From NCBI GenBank assembly GCA_964016885.1, contig OZ024740.1, positions 8,246,001-8,310,000 of the forward strand: DNA of 64,000 bases, given 5' to 3'. Shown here in pieces: positions 38,001 to 51,719 of this stretch (position 1 is the stretch's first letter; every line of letters begins with the position of its first letter). The stretch is from Eledone cirrhosa. Its lineage: Eukaryota. The notes under the pieces are model-generated. The model had not been told where the DNA came from and searched no databases. It saw only the letters and a list, made by a program, of their open reading frames with translations. Position numbers and translations under genes: made by a program.

Positions 38001-40780
38001 TGTCAGTTTCAATTAATATATCAGTTTCTATTGGTATGTCAGTTTCAATTAGTATATCAGTTTCTATTGGTATGTCAGTTTCGATTGGTATGTTAGTCCT
38101 CGAATTGAATGTCAGTTTCCATTGGTATATCAGTTTCTATTGGTATGTCAGTTTTGATTACTATATCAGTTTCGATTGGTATATCAGTTTCGATTGGTAT
38201 GTCTGTTTCTATTGGTATATAAGTTTCTATTGGTATGTCAGTTTTGATTGGTATATAAGTTTCTATTGGTATGTCAGTTTCGATTGGTATGTCAGTTTCG
38301 ATTGGTATGTCAGTTTCTATTGGTATATCAGTTTCGATTGATATATCAGTTTCGATTAGTATATCAGTTTCTACTGGTATGTCAGTTTCGATTAGTATAT
38401 CAGTTTCTATTGGTATGTCAGTTTCGATTGGTATATCAGTTTCGATTCGTATATCAGTTTCGATTGCTATATCAGTTTCTATTGGTATGTCAGTTTCAAT
38501 TGGTATGTAAGTTTCGATTGGTATATCCGTTTCGATGGGTATGTCAGTTTAAATTAGTATATTAGTTTCGATTGGTATGTCAATTTCAATTAGTATATCA
38601 GTTTCTATTGGTATATCAGTTTCGATTGGTATGTCAGTTTCGATTGGTATATCAGTTTCGATCGGTATATCAGTTTTGATTTGTATGTCAGTTTCTATTG
38701 GTATGTCAGTTTTGATTGGTATATCAGTTTCGATTGGTATGTCAGTTTCGATTGGTATGTCAGTTTCGATTTGTATGTCAGTTTCTATTGGTATATCAGT
38801 TTCGATTGATATATCAGTTTCGATTAGTATATCGGTTTCTACTGGTATGTCAGTTTCGACTAGTATATCAGTTTCTATTGGTATGTCAGTTTTGATTGGT
38901 ATATCAGTTTCGATTGGTATATCAGTTTCTATTGGTATGTCGGTTTCGATTGGTATGTCAGTTTCTATTGGTATATCAGTTTCGATGGATACATCAGTTT
39001 CGATTAGTATGTCAGTTTCTACTGGTATGTCAGTTTCGATTAGTATATCAGTTTCTATTGGTATGTCAGTTTCGATTGGTATATCAGTTTCGATTGGTAT
39101 GTCAGTTTCGATTAGTATATCAGTTTCTATTGGTATGTCAGTTTCGATTGGTATATCAGTTTCGATTGGTATGTCAGTTTCGATTAGTATATCAGTTTCT
39201 ATTGGTATGTCAGTTTCTATTGATATATCAGTTTCGATTGGTATGTCAGTTTCGATTGGTATGTCAATTTCGATTGATATATCAGTTTCGATTAGTATGT
39301 CAGTTTCTATTGGTATGTTAGTTTCGATTAGTATATAACTTTTTATTGGTATGTCAGTTTCGATTGGTATGTCTGTTTCTATTGATATATCAGTTTCGAT
39401 TGGTATATCAGTTTTGATTGGTATATCAGTTTCGATTGGTATGTCAGTTTCTATTTGTATATCAGTTTCGATTGGTATGTCAATTTCTATTGGTATATCA
39501 GTTTCTATTGGTATGTCAGGTTTGATTGGTATATCAGTTTCGATTATTATGTCAGTTTCGATTGGTATGTCAGTTTCGATTGTTATATCAGTTCCGATTG
39601 GTATGTTAGTTTTGATTGGTATATCAGTTTCTATTGGTGTATCAGTTTCGATTGGTATATCAGTTTCAATTGTTATATCAGTTTCGATTGGTATATCAGT
39701 TTCAATTGTTATATCAGTTTCGATTGGTATATCAGTTTCGACTGGTATGTCAGTTTCGATTAGTATATCAGTTGCTATTGTTATGTTAGTTTCCATTGTT
39801 ATATCAGTTTCGATTGGTATATCAGTTTCGATTAGTATGTCAGTTTCTATTAGTATGTTAGTTTTGATTAGTATATCAGTTTCTATTAGTATGTCAGTTT
39901 CGAATAGTATGTCAGTTTCTATTCATATATCAGTTTCGATTGGTATATCAGTTTCTATTGGTATGTCAGTTTTGATCGGTATATCAGTTTCTATTGGTAT
40001 GTCAGTTTCAATTAATATATCAGTTTCTATTGGTATGTCAGTTTCAATTAGTATATCAGTTTCTATTGGTATGTCAGTTTCGATTGGTATGTTAGTCCTC
40101 AAATTGAATGTCAGTTTCCTTTGGTATATCAGTTTCTATTGGTATGTCAGTTTTGATTAGTATATCAGTTTCGATTGGTATATCAGTTTCGATTGGTATG
40201 TCAGTTTCTATTGGTATGTCAGTTTTGATTGGTATATCAGTTTTGATTGGTATGTCAGTTTCGATTGGTATGTCAGTCTCGATTGGTATATCAGTTTCGA
40301 TTGATATATCAGTTTCGATTAGTATATCAGTTCCTATTGCTATATCAGTTTCTACTGGTATGTCAGTTTCGATTAGTATATCAGTTTCTATTGGTATGTC
40401 AGTTTCAATTAGTATATTAGTTTCGATTGGTATGACAATTTCAATTAGTATATCAGTTTCTATTGGTATATCAGTTTCGATTGGTATATCAGTTTCGATT
40501 GGTATATCAGTTTCGATTGGTATGTCAGTTTCGATTGGTACGTCAATTTCGATTGGTATATCAGTTTCGATTAGTATGTCAGTTTCTATTGGTATGTTAG
40601 TTTCGATTAGTATATCACTTTCTATTGGTATGTCAGTTTCGATTGGTATGTCTGTTTCTATTGGTATATCAGTTTCTATTGGTATGTCAGTTTTGATTGG
40701 TATATCAGTTTTGAATGGTATGTCAGTTTCGATTGGTATGTCAGTTTCGATTGGTATATCAGTTCCGATTGGTACGTCAA
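35050..40780. repeat. Tandem duplication of a ~2864-bp satellite block
   Basis: Variant patterns recur at +2864 (35384/38248, 35713/38577, 36487/39351, 37244/40108). 2864 = 159x18+2, consistent with two 19-bp variant monomers per unit. Confidence 0.85.
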
Positions 40781-43700
40781 TTTCAATAAGTATATTAGTT
40801 TCTATTGGTATGTCAGTTTCAATTAATATATCAGTTTCAATTGGTATGTCAGTTTCAATTAGTATATCAGTTTCTATTGGTATGTCAGTTTCAATTAGTA
40901 TATCAGTTTCTATTGGTATGTCAGTTTCGATTGGTATGTTAGTCCTCGAATTGAATGTCAGTTTCCATTGGTATATCAGTTTCTATTGGTATGTCAGTTT
41001 TGATTACTATATCAGTTTCGATTGGTATATCAGTTTTAATTGGTATGTCAGTTTCTATTGGTATATCAGTTTCAATTGGTATGTCAGTTTCTATTGGTAT
41101 ATCAGTTTCTATTGGTATATCAGTTTTGATTAGTATGCGAGTTTCTATTGGTATATCAGTTTCTATTGGTATGTCAGTTTTGATTGGTATATCAGTTTCG
41201 ATTGGTATGTCAGTATCGATTGGTATGTCAGTTTCGATTGGTATGTCAGTTTCTATTGGTATATCAGTTTCGATTTATATATCAGTTTCGATTAGTATAT
41301 CAGTTTCTACTGGTATGTCAGTTTCGATTAGTATATCAGTTTCTATTGGTATGTCAGTTTTGATTGGTATATCAGTTTCGCTTCGTATATCAGTTCCTAT
41401 TGCTATATCAGTTTCTAATGGTATGTCAATTTCAATTGGAATGTCAGTTTCTATTGGTATATCAGTTTCGATTGGTATATCAGTTTCTATTGGCATGTCA
41501 GTTTCGATTGGTATGTCAGTTTCTATTGGTATATCAGTTTCGATGGATACATCAGTTTCGATTAGTATGTCAGTTTCTACTGGTATGTCAGTTTCGATTA
41601 GTATATCAGTTCCTATTGGTACGTCAGTTTCGATTGGTATATCAGTTTCGATTGGTATGTCAGTTTCGATTAGTATATCAGTTCCTATTGGTATGTCAGT
41701 TTCTATTGATATATCAGCTTCGATTGGTATATCAGTTTCGATTAGTATGTCAGTTTCGATTGATATGTCAATTTCGATTGGTATATCAGTTCCCATTGGT
41801 ATGTCAGTTTCGATTGGTATGTCAGTTTCGATTGGTATATCAGTTTCGATTGGTATGTCAGTTTCGATTGGTATGTCAATTCCGATTGATATATCAGTTT
41901 CGATTAGTATGTCAGTTTCTATTGGTATGTTAGTTTCGATTAGTATATCACTTTCTATTGGTATGTCAGTTTCGATTGGTATGTCTGTTTCTATTGATAT
42001 ATCAGTTTCGATTGGTATATCAGTTTTGATTGGTATATCAATTTCGATTGGTATGTCAGTTTCTATTGGTATATCAGTTTCGATTGGTATGTCAATTTCT
42101 ATTGGTATATCAGTTTCTATTGGTATGTTAGTTTCTATTGGTATATCAGTTTCGATTGGTATATCAGTTTCGATTAGTATGTCAGTTTCTATTAGTATGT
42201 TAGTTTTGATTAGTATATCAGTTTCTATTAGTATGTCAGTTTCGAATAGTATGTCAGTTTCTATTCATTTATCAGTTTCGATTGGTATATCAGTTTCGAT
42301 TGGTATGTCAGTTTCTATTGGTATATCAGTTTCTATTGGTATGTCAGTTTTGATCAGTATATCAGTTTCGATTGGAATGTCAGTTTCAATTGGTATGCCA
42401 GTTTCGATTGGTATATCAGTTCCGATTGGTATGTCAGTTTCGATTGGTATGTCAGTTTCGATTGGTATGTCAGTTTCTATTGGTATATCAGTTTCGATTG
42501 ATAAATCAGTTTCGATTAGTATATCAGTTCCTATTGGTATATCAGTTTCGATTAGTATGTTAGTTTCTACTGGTATGTCAGTTTCGATTAGTATATCTGT
42601 TTCTATTGGTATGTCAGTTTCGATTGGTATATCATTTTCGATTGGTATGTCAGTTTCGATTAGTATATCAGTTTCTATTGGTATGTCAGTTTCTATTGGT
42701 ATGTCAGTTTCTATTGATATATCAGCTTTGATTGGTATATCAGTTTCGATTAGTATGTCAGTTTCTATTTGTATGTCAGTTTCGATAGGTATGTCAGTTT
42801 TGATTGGTATGTCAGTTTCTATGTGTATATCAGTTTCGATTGGTATATCAGTTTCGATGGTATGTCAGTTTCGATTGGTATATCAGTTTCTATTGGTATA
42901 TCAGTTTCGATTGATATATCAGTTTCGATTAGTATGTCAGTTTCTACTGGTATGTCAGTTTCGATTGGTATATCATTTTCGATTGGTATGTCAGTTTCTA
43001 TTGGTATATTAGTTTCGACTGGTATATCAGTTTCGATTAGTATAATCAGTTTCTATTGGTATGTCAGTTTCTATTGGTATATCAGTTTCGATTGGTATAT
43101 CAGTTTTGATTAGTATGTCAGTTTCTATTGGTATGTTAGTTTCGATTAGTATATCAGTTTCTATTGGTATGTCAGTTTCGATCGGTATGTCAGTTTCTAT
43201 TGGTATGTCAGTTTTGATTGGTATGTCAGTTTCGATTGGTATGTCAGTTTCGATTGGTATATCAGTTTCGATTGGTATATCAGTTTCGATTTATATGTCA
43301 CTTTCGATTGGTATATCAGTTCCGATAGTTATGTCTGTTTCTATTGATATATCAGTTTCGATTTGTATATCAGTTTTGATTGGTATATCAGTTTCGATTG
43401 GTATGTCAGTTTTGATTGGTATATCAGTTTTGAATGGTATATCAGTTTCGATTGGTATGTCAGTTTCGATTGGTATATCAGTTCCGATTGGTATGTCAGT
43501 TTAGATTGGTATGTCAGTTTCGATTGGTATGTCAATTTCGATTGATATATCAGTTTCGATTAGTATGTCAGTTTCTATTGGTATGTTAGTTTCGATTAGT
43601 ATATCACTTTCTATTGGTATGTCAGTTTCGATTGGTATGTCTGTTTCTATTGATATATCAGTTTCGATTGGTATATCAGTTTTGATTGGTATATCAGTTT

Positions 43701-44106
43701 CGATTGGTATGTCAGTTTCTATTGGTATATCAGTTTCGATTGGTATGTCAGTTTCGATTGGTACGTCAATTTCGATGGGTATATTAGTTTCTATTGGTAT
43801 GTCAGTTTCAATTAGTATATCAGTTTCTATTGGTATGTCAGTTTCGATTGGTATATCAGTTATGATTTGTATATGAGTTCCTATAGCTATATCAGTTTCT
43901 ATTGGTATGTCAGTTTCGATTGGTATGTTAGTTTCGATTGGTATATCAGTTCCGATTGGTATGTAAGTTTTGATTTGTATATCAGTTTCGATTAGTATGT
44001 CAGTTTCTACTGGTATTTCAGTTTCGATTAGTATATCAGTTTCTATTGGTATATCAGTATCGAATTTTATATCAGTTCCTATTGCTATATCAGTTTCTAT
44101 CGGTAT

Positions 44107-44454
44107 GGAGGCACATGGCTTAGTGGTTAGAGCATTGGCCTTGCAATCGAAAGGTTGTGAGTTCAATTCTCAGACCGGGTGATGTGTTGTTTCCTTGAGC
44201 AAGAGACTTTATTTCACATTGCTCCAGTTTACTCAGCTGTAGAAATGAGATGATAGGGACTGGGGTCTCTATCATTCCACTGCAAAGTGGTCGTGGAGGT
44301 GCCACGGCAAAAAAGCACCCAGCACTCACTGTAAATGAGGTTGGTGTTAGGAAGGGCATCCAGCTGTAGAAATCAAGCCAGAATCAGTTACCGTCCCACC
44401 CTTGCACGCAGGGAATAGCTGACGTAAAATGAAATGATGATGATGATGATGATG
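44107..44454 (+). mobile_element. tRNA-derived SINE (~350 bp): Pol III head, CORE-like central domain, RTE-LINE-derived 3' part, (GAT)n tail
   Basis: A box TGGCTTAGTGG and B box AGTTCAATTCT. CCTTGAGCAAGAGACTT..CAGTTTACTCAGCTGTAGAAATG resembles the MIR/CORE consensus as I recall it. 44277-44389 matches the LINE A 3' UTR. Confidence 0.88.
44116..44170 (+). promoter_or_regulatory. RNA polymerase III type-2 internal promoter (A box 44116-44126, B box ~44160-44170)
   Basis: TGGCTTAGTGG fits TRGCNNAGYGG. The GTTCAA core lies at tRNA-like spacing. Confidence 0.8.
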
Positions 44455-47400
44455 TCAGTTTCAATTGTTATGTAAGTTTCGATTGATATATTAGTTTCGA
44501 TTGGTATGTCAATTTCGATTAGTATATCAGTTTCTATAGGAATGTCAGTTACTATTGGTTATCTGTTTCGATTGGTATATCAGTTTCGATGGTATGTCAG
44601 TTTCTATTGGTATGTCAGTTTCTATTGGTATATCAGCTTCGATTGGTATATCAGTTTCGATTAGTATGTCAGTTTCTAGTGGTATGTCAGTTTCCATTGG
44701 TATATCACTTCCGATTGGTATGTCAATTTCGATTGGTATATCAGTTTCTATTGGCATATCAGTTTCGATTGGTATGTCAGTTTCTATTGGTATATTAGTT
44801 TCGATTGATATATCAGTTTCGATTAGTATATCAGTTTCTACTGGTATGTCAGTTTCGATTAGTATATCAGTTTCCATTGGTATGTCAGTTTCAATTGGTA
44901 TGTAAGTTTCGATTGGTTTATCAGTTTCGATTGGTATGTCAGTTTCTATTGGTATGTCAGTTTCGATTATTATATCAGTTACTATTGGTATGTCAGTTTC
45001 GATTGGTATGTTATTTTCGATTGGTATATGAGTTTCTATTGGTATGACAGTTTCGATTGTTGTATCATTTTGGATTGGTATCTCAGTTTGTTATGGTATG
45101 TCAGTTTCGATTGGTATGTCAGTTTCGATTGGTATATCAGTTTCGATTGTTATGTCAATTTCGATGTGCATATCAGTTTCTATTACTATGTTAGTTTCTA
45201 TTGGAATATCACTTTCGATTGGTATGTCAGTTTCGATTGGTATATCAGTTTCGATTAGTATGTCAGTTTCTATTTGTATGTCAGTTTTGATTGGTATATC
45301 AGTTTCAATTGGTATGTCAGTTTCGATTGGTATATCAGTTTCGATTAGTATGTCAGTTTCTAGTGGTATGTCAGTTTTTATTAGTATATCAGTTTCTACT
45401 GGGATGTCAGTTTCCATTGGTATATCACTTCTGATTGGTATGTCAATTTCGATTGGTATATCAGTTTCTATTGGTATGTCAGTTTCGATTGGTATGTCAG
45501 TTTCTATTGGTATATCAGTATCGATTGATATATCAGATTCGATTAGTATATCAGTTTTGATTTGTATATGAGTTCCTATAGCTATATCAGTTTCTATTTG
45601 TATGTCTGTTTCGAGTGGTATGTCAGTTTCGATTGGTATATCAGTTCCGATTGGTATGTAAGTTTCGATTGGTATGTCAGTTTCGATTGGTATATCAGTT
45701 TCGATTGGTATGTCAGTTTCGATTGGTATATCGGTATCGATTCGTATATCAGTTTCTATTGGTATGTCAGTTTCGATTGGTATGTCAATTTCTATTGGTA
45801 TATATGTTTCGATTGATATATCAGTTTCGATTGGTATGTGAGTTTCTACTGGTATGTCAGTTTCGATTAGTATATCAGTTTCTATTGGTATGTCAGTTTC
45901 GATTGGTATATCAGTTTCAACTTGTATATCAGTTCCTATTGCTATATCAGTTTCTATTGCTATGTCAGTTTCAATTGTTATGTAAGTTTCGATTGATATA
46001 TCAGTTTCGATTGGTATCTCTGTTTCGATTGGTATATCAGTTTCGATTGGTATGTCAATTTCAATTAGTATATCAGTTTCTATTGGTATATCAGTTTCGA
46101 TTGGTATGTCAGTTTCGATTAGTATATCAGTTTCTATAGGAATGTCAGTTACTATTGGTTATCTGTTTCGATTGGTATATCAGTTTCGATGGTATGTCAG
46201 TTTCTATTGGTATGTCAGTTTCTATTGGTATATCAGCTTCGATTGGTATATCAGTTTCGATTAGTATGTCAGTTTCTAGTGGTATGTCAGTTTCCATTGG
46301 TATATCGCTTCCGATTGGTATGTCAATTTCGATTGGTATATCAGTTTGTATTGGTATCTCAGTTTCGATTGGTATGTCAGTTTCTATTGGTATGTCAGTT
46401 TCTATTGGTATATCAGCTTCGATTGGTATATCAGTTTTGATTAGTATGTCAGTTTCTAGTGGTATGTCAGTTTCCATTGGTATATCACTTCCGATTGGTA
46501 TGTCAATTTCGATTGGTATATCAGTTTCTATTGGTATATCAGTTTCGATTGGTATGTCAGTTTCTATTGGTATATCGGTCTCGATTCGTATATCAATTTC
46601 GATTGGTATATCAGTTTCTATTGGTATATCACTTCCGATTGGTATGTCAATTTCGATTGGTATATCAGTTTCAATTGGTATGTCAATTTCGATTGGTATA
46701 TCAGTTTCTATTGGTATATTAGTTTCGATTGATATATCAGTTTCGATTAGTATATCAGTTTCTACTGGTATGTCAGTTTCGATTGGTATATCAGTTTCGA
46801 TTGGTATGTCAGTTTCTATTGGTATGTCAATTTCGATTATTATATCAGTTACTATTGGTATGTCAGTTTCGATTGGTATGTCAGTTTCGATTGGTATCTC
46901 AGTTTGTTTTGGTATGTCAGTTTCGATTGGTATATCAGTTTCGATTGGTATGTCATTTTCGATTGGTATGTCAATTTCGATGTGTATATCAGTTTCTATT
47001 AGTATGTTAGTTTCTATTGGAATATCACTTTCGATTGGTATGTCAGTTTCGATTGGTATATCAGTTTCGATTAGTATGTCAGTTTATATTGGTATGTCAG
47101 TTTTGATTGCTATATCAGTTTCAATTGGTATGTCAGTTTCGATTGGTATGTCAGTTTCGATTGGTTCATCAGTTCCGATTGGTATGTAAGTTTTGATTGG
47201 TATATCAGTTTCGATTGGAATATCACTTTCGATGGGAATGTCAGTTTCGATTGGTATATCAGTTCCGATTGGTATGTCAGTTTCGATTGATATGTTAGTT
47301 TCGATTGGTATATCAGTTTCGATTGGTATGTCAGTTTCAAATTGGTATGTCAATTTCAATTGGTATATCAGTTTCTATTGGTATGTCAGTTTCGAGTGGT

Positions 47401-50400
47401 ATGTCAGTTTCGATTGATATGTCAGTTTCGATTGGTATATCAGTTTCTATTGGTATGTCAGTTTCTACTGGTATGTTAGTATATTAGTTTCTATTGGTAT
47501 GTCAGGTTCGATTTGTATATCAGTTCGTATTGCTATATCAGTTTCTATTGGTATGTCAGTTTCAATTGGTATATCAGTTTCTATTGGTATGTCAGTTTCT
47601 AATGGTATGTCAGTTTCTATTGGTATATCAGCTTCGATTAGTATATCAGTTTCAATTGGTATGTCAGTTTCGATTGGTATGTCAGTTTCGATTGGTTTAT
47701 CAGTTCCGATTGGTATGTAAGTTTTGATTGGTATGTCAGTTTCGATTGGTATATCAGTTTCGATTGTTATATCAGTCTCAATTGATTTATCAGTTTCGAA
47801 TAGTATGTCAGTTTCTATTGGTATATCAGCTTCGATTGGTATATCACTTTCGATTAGTATGTCAGTTTCTATTGGTATGTCAGTTTTGATTGGTATATCA
47901 GTTTCGATTTGTATATCAGTTCCGATTGGTACGTCAATTTCAATAAGTATATTAGTTTCTATTGGTATGTCAGTTTCAATTAATATATCAGTTTCAATTG
48001 GTATGTCAGTTTCAATTAGTATATCAGTTTCTATTGGTATGTCAGTTTCAATTAGTATATCAGTTTCTATTGGTATGTCAGTTTCGATTGGTATGTTAGT
48101 CCTCGAATTGAATGTCAGTTTCCATTGGTATATCAGTTTCTATTGGTATGTCAGTTTTGATTACTATATCAGTTTCGATTGGTATATCAGTTTTAATTGG
48201 TATGTCAGTTTCTATTGGTATATCAGTTTCAATTGGTATGTCAGTTTCTATTGGTATATCAGTTTCTATTGGTATATCAGTTTTGATTAGTATGCGAGTT
48301 TCTATTGGTATATCAGTTTCTATTGGTATGTCAGTTTTGATTGGTATATCAGTTTCGATTGGTATGTCAGTATCGATTGGTATGTCAGTTTCGATTGGTA
48401 TGTCAGTTTCTATTGGTATATCAGTTTCGATTTATATATCAGTTTCGATTAGTATATCAGTTTCTACTGGTATGTCAGTTTCGATTAGTATATCAGTTTC
48501 TATTGGTATGTCAGTTTTGATTGGTATATCAGTTTCGCTTCGTATATCAGTTCCTATTGCTATATCAGTTTCTAATGGTATGTCAATTTCAATTGGAATG
48601 TCAGTTTCTATTGGTATATCAGTTTCGATTGGTATATCAGTTTCTATTGGCATGTCAGTTTCGATTGGTATGTCAGTTTCTATTGGTATATCAGTTTCGA
48701 TGGATACATCAGTTTCGATTAGTATGTCAGTTTCTACTGGTATGTCAGTTTCGATTAGTATATCAGTTCCTATTGGTAAGTCAGTTTCGATTGGTATATC
48801 AGTTTCGATTGGTATGTCAGTTTCGATTAGTATATCAGTTCCTATTGGTATGTCAGTTTCTATTGATATATCAGCTTCGATTGGTATATCAGTTTCGATT
48901 AGTATGTCAGTTTCGATTGATATGTCAATTTCGATTGGTATATCAGTTCCCATTGGTATGTCAGTTTCGATTGGTATGTCAGTTTCGATTGGTATATCAG
49001 TTTCGATTGGTATGTCAGTTTCGATTGGTATGTCAATTCCGATTGATATATCAGTTTCGATTAGTATGTCAGTTTCTATTGGTATGTTAGTTTCGATTAG
49101 TATATCACTTTCTATTGGTATGTCAGTTTCGATTGGTATGTCTGTTTCTATTGATATATCAGTTTCGATTGGTATATCAGTTTTGATTGGTATATCAATT
49201 TCGATTGGTATGTCAGTTTCTATTGGTATATCAGTTTCGATTGGTATGTCAATTTCTATTGGTATATCAGTTTCTATTGGTATGTTAGTTTCTATTGGTA
49301 TATCAGTTTCGATTGGTATATCAGTTTCGATTAGTATGTCAGTTTCTATTAGTATGTTAGTTTTGATTAGTATATCAGTTTCTATTAGTATGTCAGTTTC
49401 GAATAGTATGTCAGTTTCTATTCATTTATCAGTTTCGATTGGTATATCAGTTTCGATTGGTATGTCAGTTTCTATTGGTATATCAGTTTCGATGGATACA
49501 TCAGTTTCGATTAGTATGTCAGTTTCTACTGGTATGTCAGTTTCGATTGGAATGTCAGTTTCAATTGGTATGCCAGTTTCGATTGGTATATCAGTTCCGA
49601 TTGGTATGTCAGTTTCGATTGGTATGTCAGTTTCGATTGGTATGTCAGTTTCTATTGGTATATCAGTTTCGATTGATAAATCAGTTTCGATTAGTATATC
49701 AGTTCCTATTGGTATATCAGTTTCGATTAGTATGTTAGTTTCTACTGGTATGTCAGTTTCGATTAGTATATCTGTTTCTATTGGTATGTCAGTTTCGATT
49801 GGTATATCATTTTCGATTGGTATGTCAGTTTCGATTAGTATATCAGTTTCTATTGGTATGTCAGTTTCTATTGGTATGTCAGTTTCTATTGATATATCAG
49901 CTTTGATTGGTATATCAGTTTCGATTAGTATGTCAGTTTCTATTTGTATGTCAGTTTCGATAGGTATGTCAGTTTTGATTGGTATGTCAGTTTCGATTGG
50001 TGTATCAGTTCCGATTGGTATATAAGTTTCGATTGGGATGTCAGTTTCGATTGGTATATCAATTTCAATGGGTATGTCAGTTTCTATGTGTATATCAGTT
50101 TCGATTGGTATATCAGTTTCGATGGTATGTCAGTTTCGATTGGTATATCAGTTTCTATTGGTATATCAGTTTCGATTGATATATCAGTTTCGATTAGTAT
50201 GTCAGTTTCTACTGGTATGTCAGTTTCGATTGGTATATCATTTTCGATTGGTATGTCAGTTTCTATTGGTATATTAGTTTCGACTGGTATATCAGTTTCG
50301 ATTAGTATAATCAGTTTCTATTGGTATGTCAGTTTCTATTGGTATATCAGTTTCGATTGGTATATCAGTTTTGATTAGTATGTCAGTTTCTATTGGTATG

Positions 50401-51371
50401 TTAGTTTCGATTAGTATATCAGTTTCTATTGGTATGTCAGTTTCGATCGGTATGTCAGTTTCTATTGGTATGTCAGTTTTGATTGGTATGTCAGTTTCGA
50501 TTGGTATGTCAGTTTCGATTGGTATATCAGTTTCGATTGGTATATCAGTTTCGATTTATATGTCACTTTCGATTGGTATATCAGTTCCGATAGTTATGTC
50601 TGTTTCTATTGATATATCAGTTTCGATTTGTATATCAGTTTTGATTGGTATATCAGTTTCGATTGGTATGTCAGTTTTGATTGGTATATCAGTTTTGAAT
50701 GGTATATCAGTTTCGATTGGTATGTCAGTTTCGATTGGTATATCAGTTCCGATTGGTATGTCAGTTTAGATTGGTATGTCAGTTTCGATTGGTATGTCAA
50801 TTTCGATTGATATATCAGTTTCGATTAGTATGTCAGTTTCTATTGGTATGTTAGTTTCGATTAGTATATCACTTTCTATTGGTATGTCAGTTTCGATTGG
50901 TATGTCTGTTTCTATTGATATATCAGTTTCGATTGGTATATCAGTTTTGATTGGTATATCAGTTTCGATTGGTATGTCAGTTTCTATTGGTATATCAGTT
51001 TCGATTGGTATGTCAGTTTCGATTGGTACGTCAATTTCGATGGGTATATTAGTTTCTATTGGTATGTCAGTTTCAATTAGTATATCAGTTTCTATTGGTA
51101 TGTCAGTTTCGATTGGTATATCAGTTATGATTTGTATATGAGTTCCTATAGCTATATCAGTTTCTATTGGTATGTCAGTTTCGATTGGTATGTTAGTTTC
51201 GATTGGTATATCAGTTCCGATTGGTATGTAAGTTTTGATTTGTATATCAGTTTCGATTAGTATGTCAGTTTCTACTGGTATTTCAGTTTCGATTAGTATA
51301 TCAGTTTCTATTGGTATATCAGTATCGAATTTTATATCAGTTCCTATTGCTATATCAGTTTCTATCGGTAT

Positions 51372-51719
51372 GGAGGCACATGGCTTAGTGGTTAGAGCAT
51401 TGGCCTTGCAATCGAAAGGTTGTGAGTTCAATTCTCAGACCGGGTGATGTGTTGTTTCCTTGAGCAAGAGACTTTATTTCACATTGCTCCAGTTTACTCA
51501 GCTGTAGAAATGAGATGATAGGGACTGGGGTCTCTATCATTCCACTGCAAAGTGGTCGTGGAGGTGCCACGGCAAAAAAGCACCCAGCACTCACTGTAAA
51601 TGAGGTTGGTGTTAGGAAGGGCATCCAGCTGTAGAAATCAAGCCAGAATCAGTTACCGTCCCACCCTTGCACGCAGGGAATAGCTGACGTAAAATGAAAT
51701 GATGATGATGATGATGATG
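51372..51719 (+). mobile_element. Second copy of the SINE, produced by the ~7.2-kb duplication
   Basis: Appears identical to 44107-44454, including flanks and tail length, at +7265. Confidence 0.9.

Noticed and set aside
44107-44180. Functional tRNA gene (possible TGC anticodon loop)
   Set aside because: Acceptor and anticodon stems pair poorly, and it continues into CORE-like and LINE-derived sequence, so it is a SINE head. The parent tRNA was not assigned.
31974-51719. Counting A5 and the second SINE as independent insertions
   Set aside because: Identical junctions and kilobases of matching flank show they arose by segmental duplication. They were excluded from the target-phase count.
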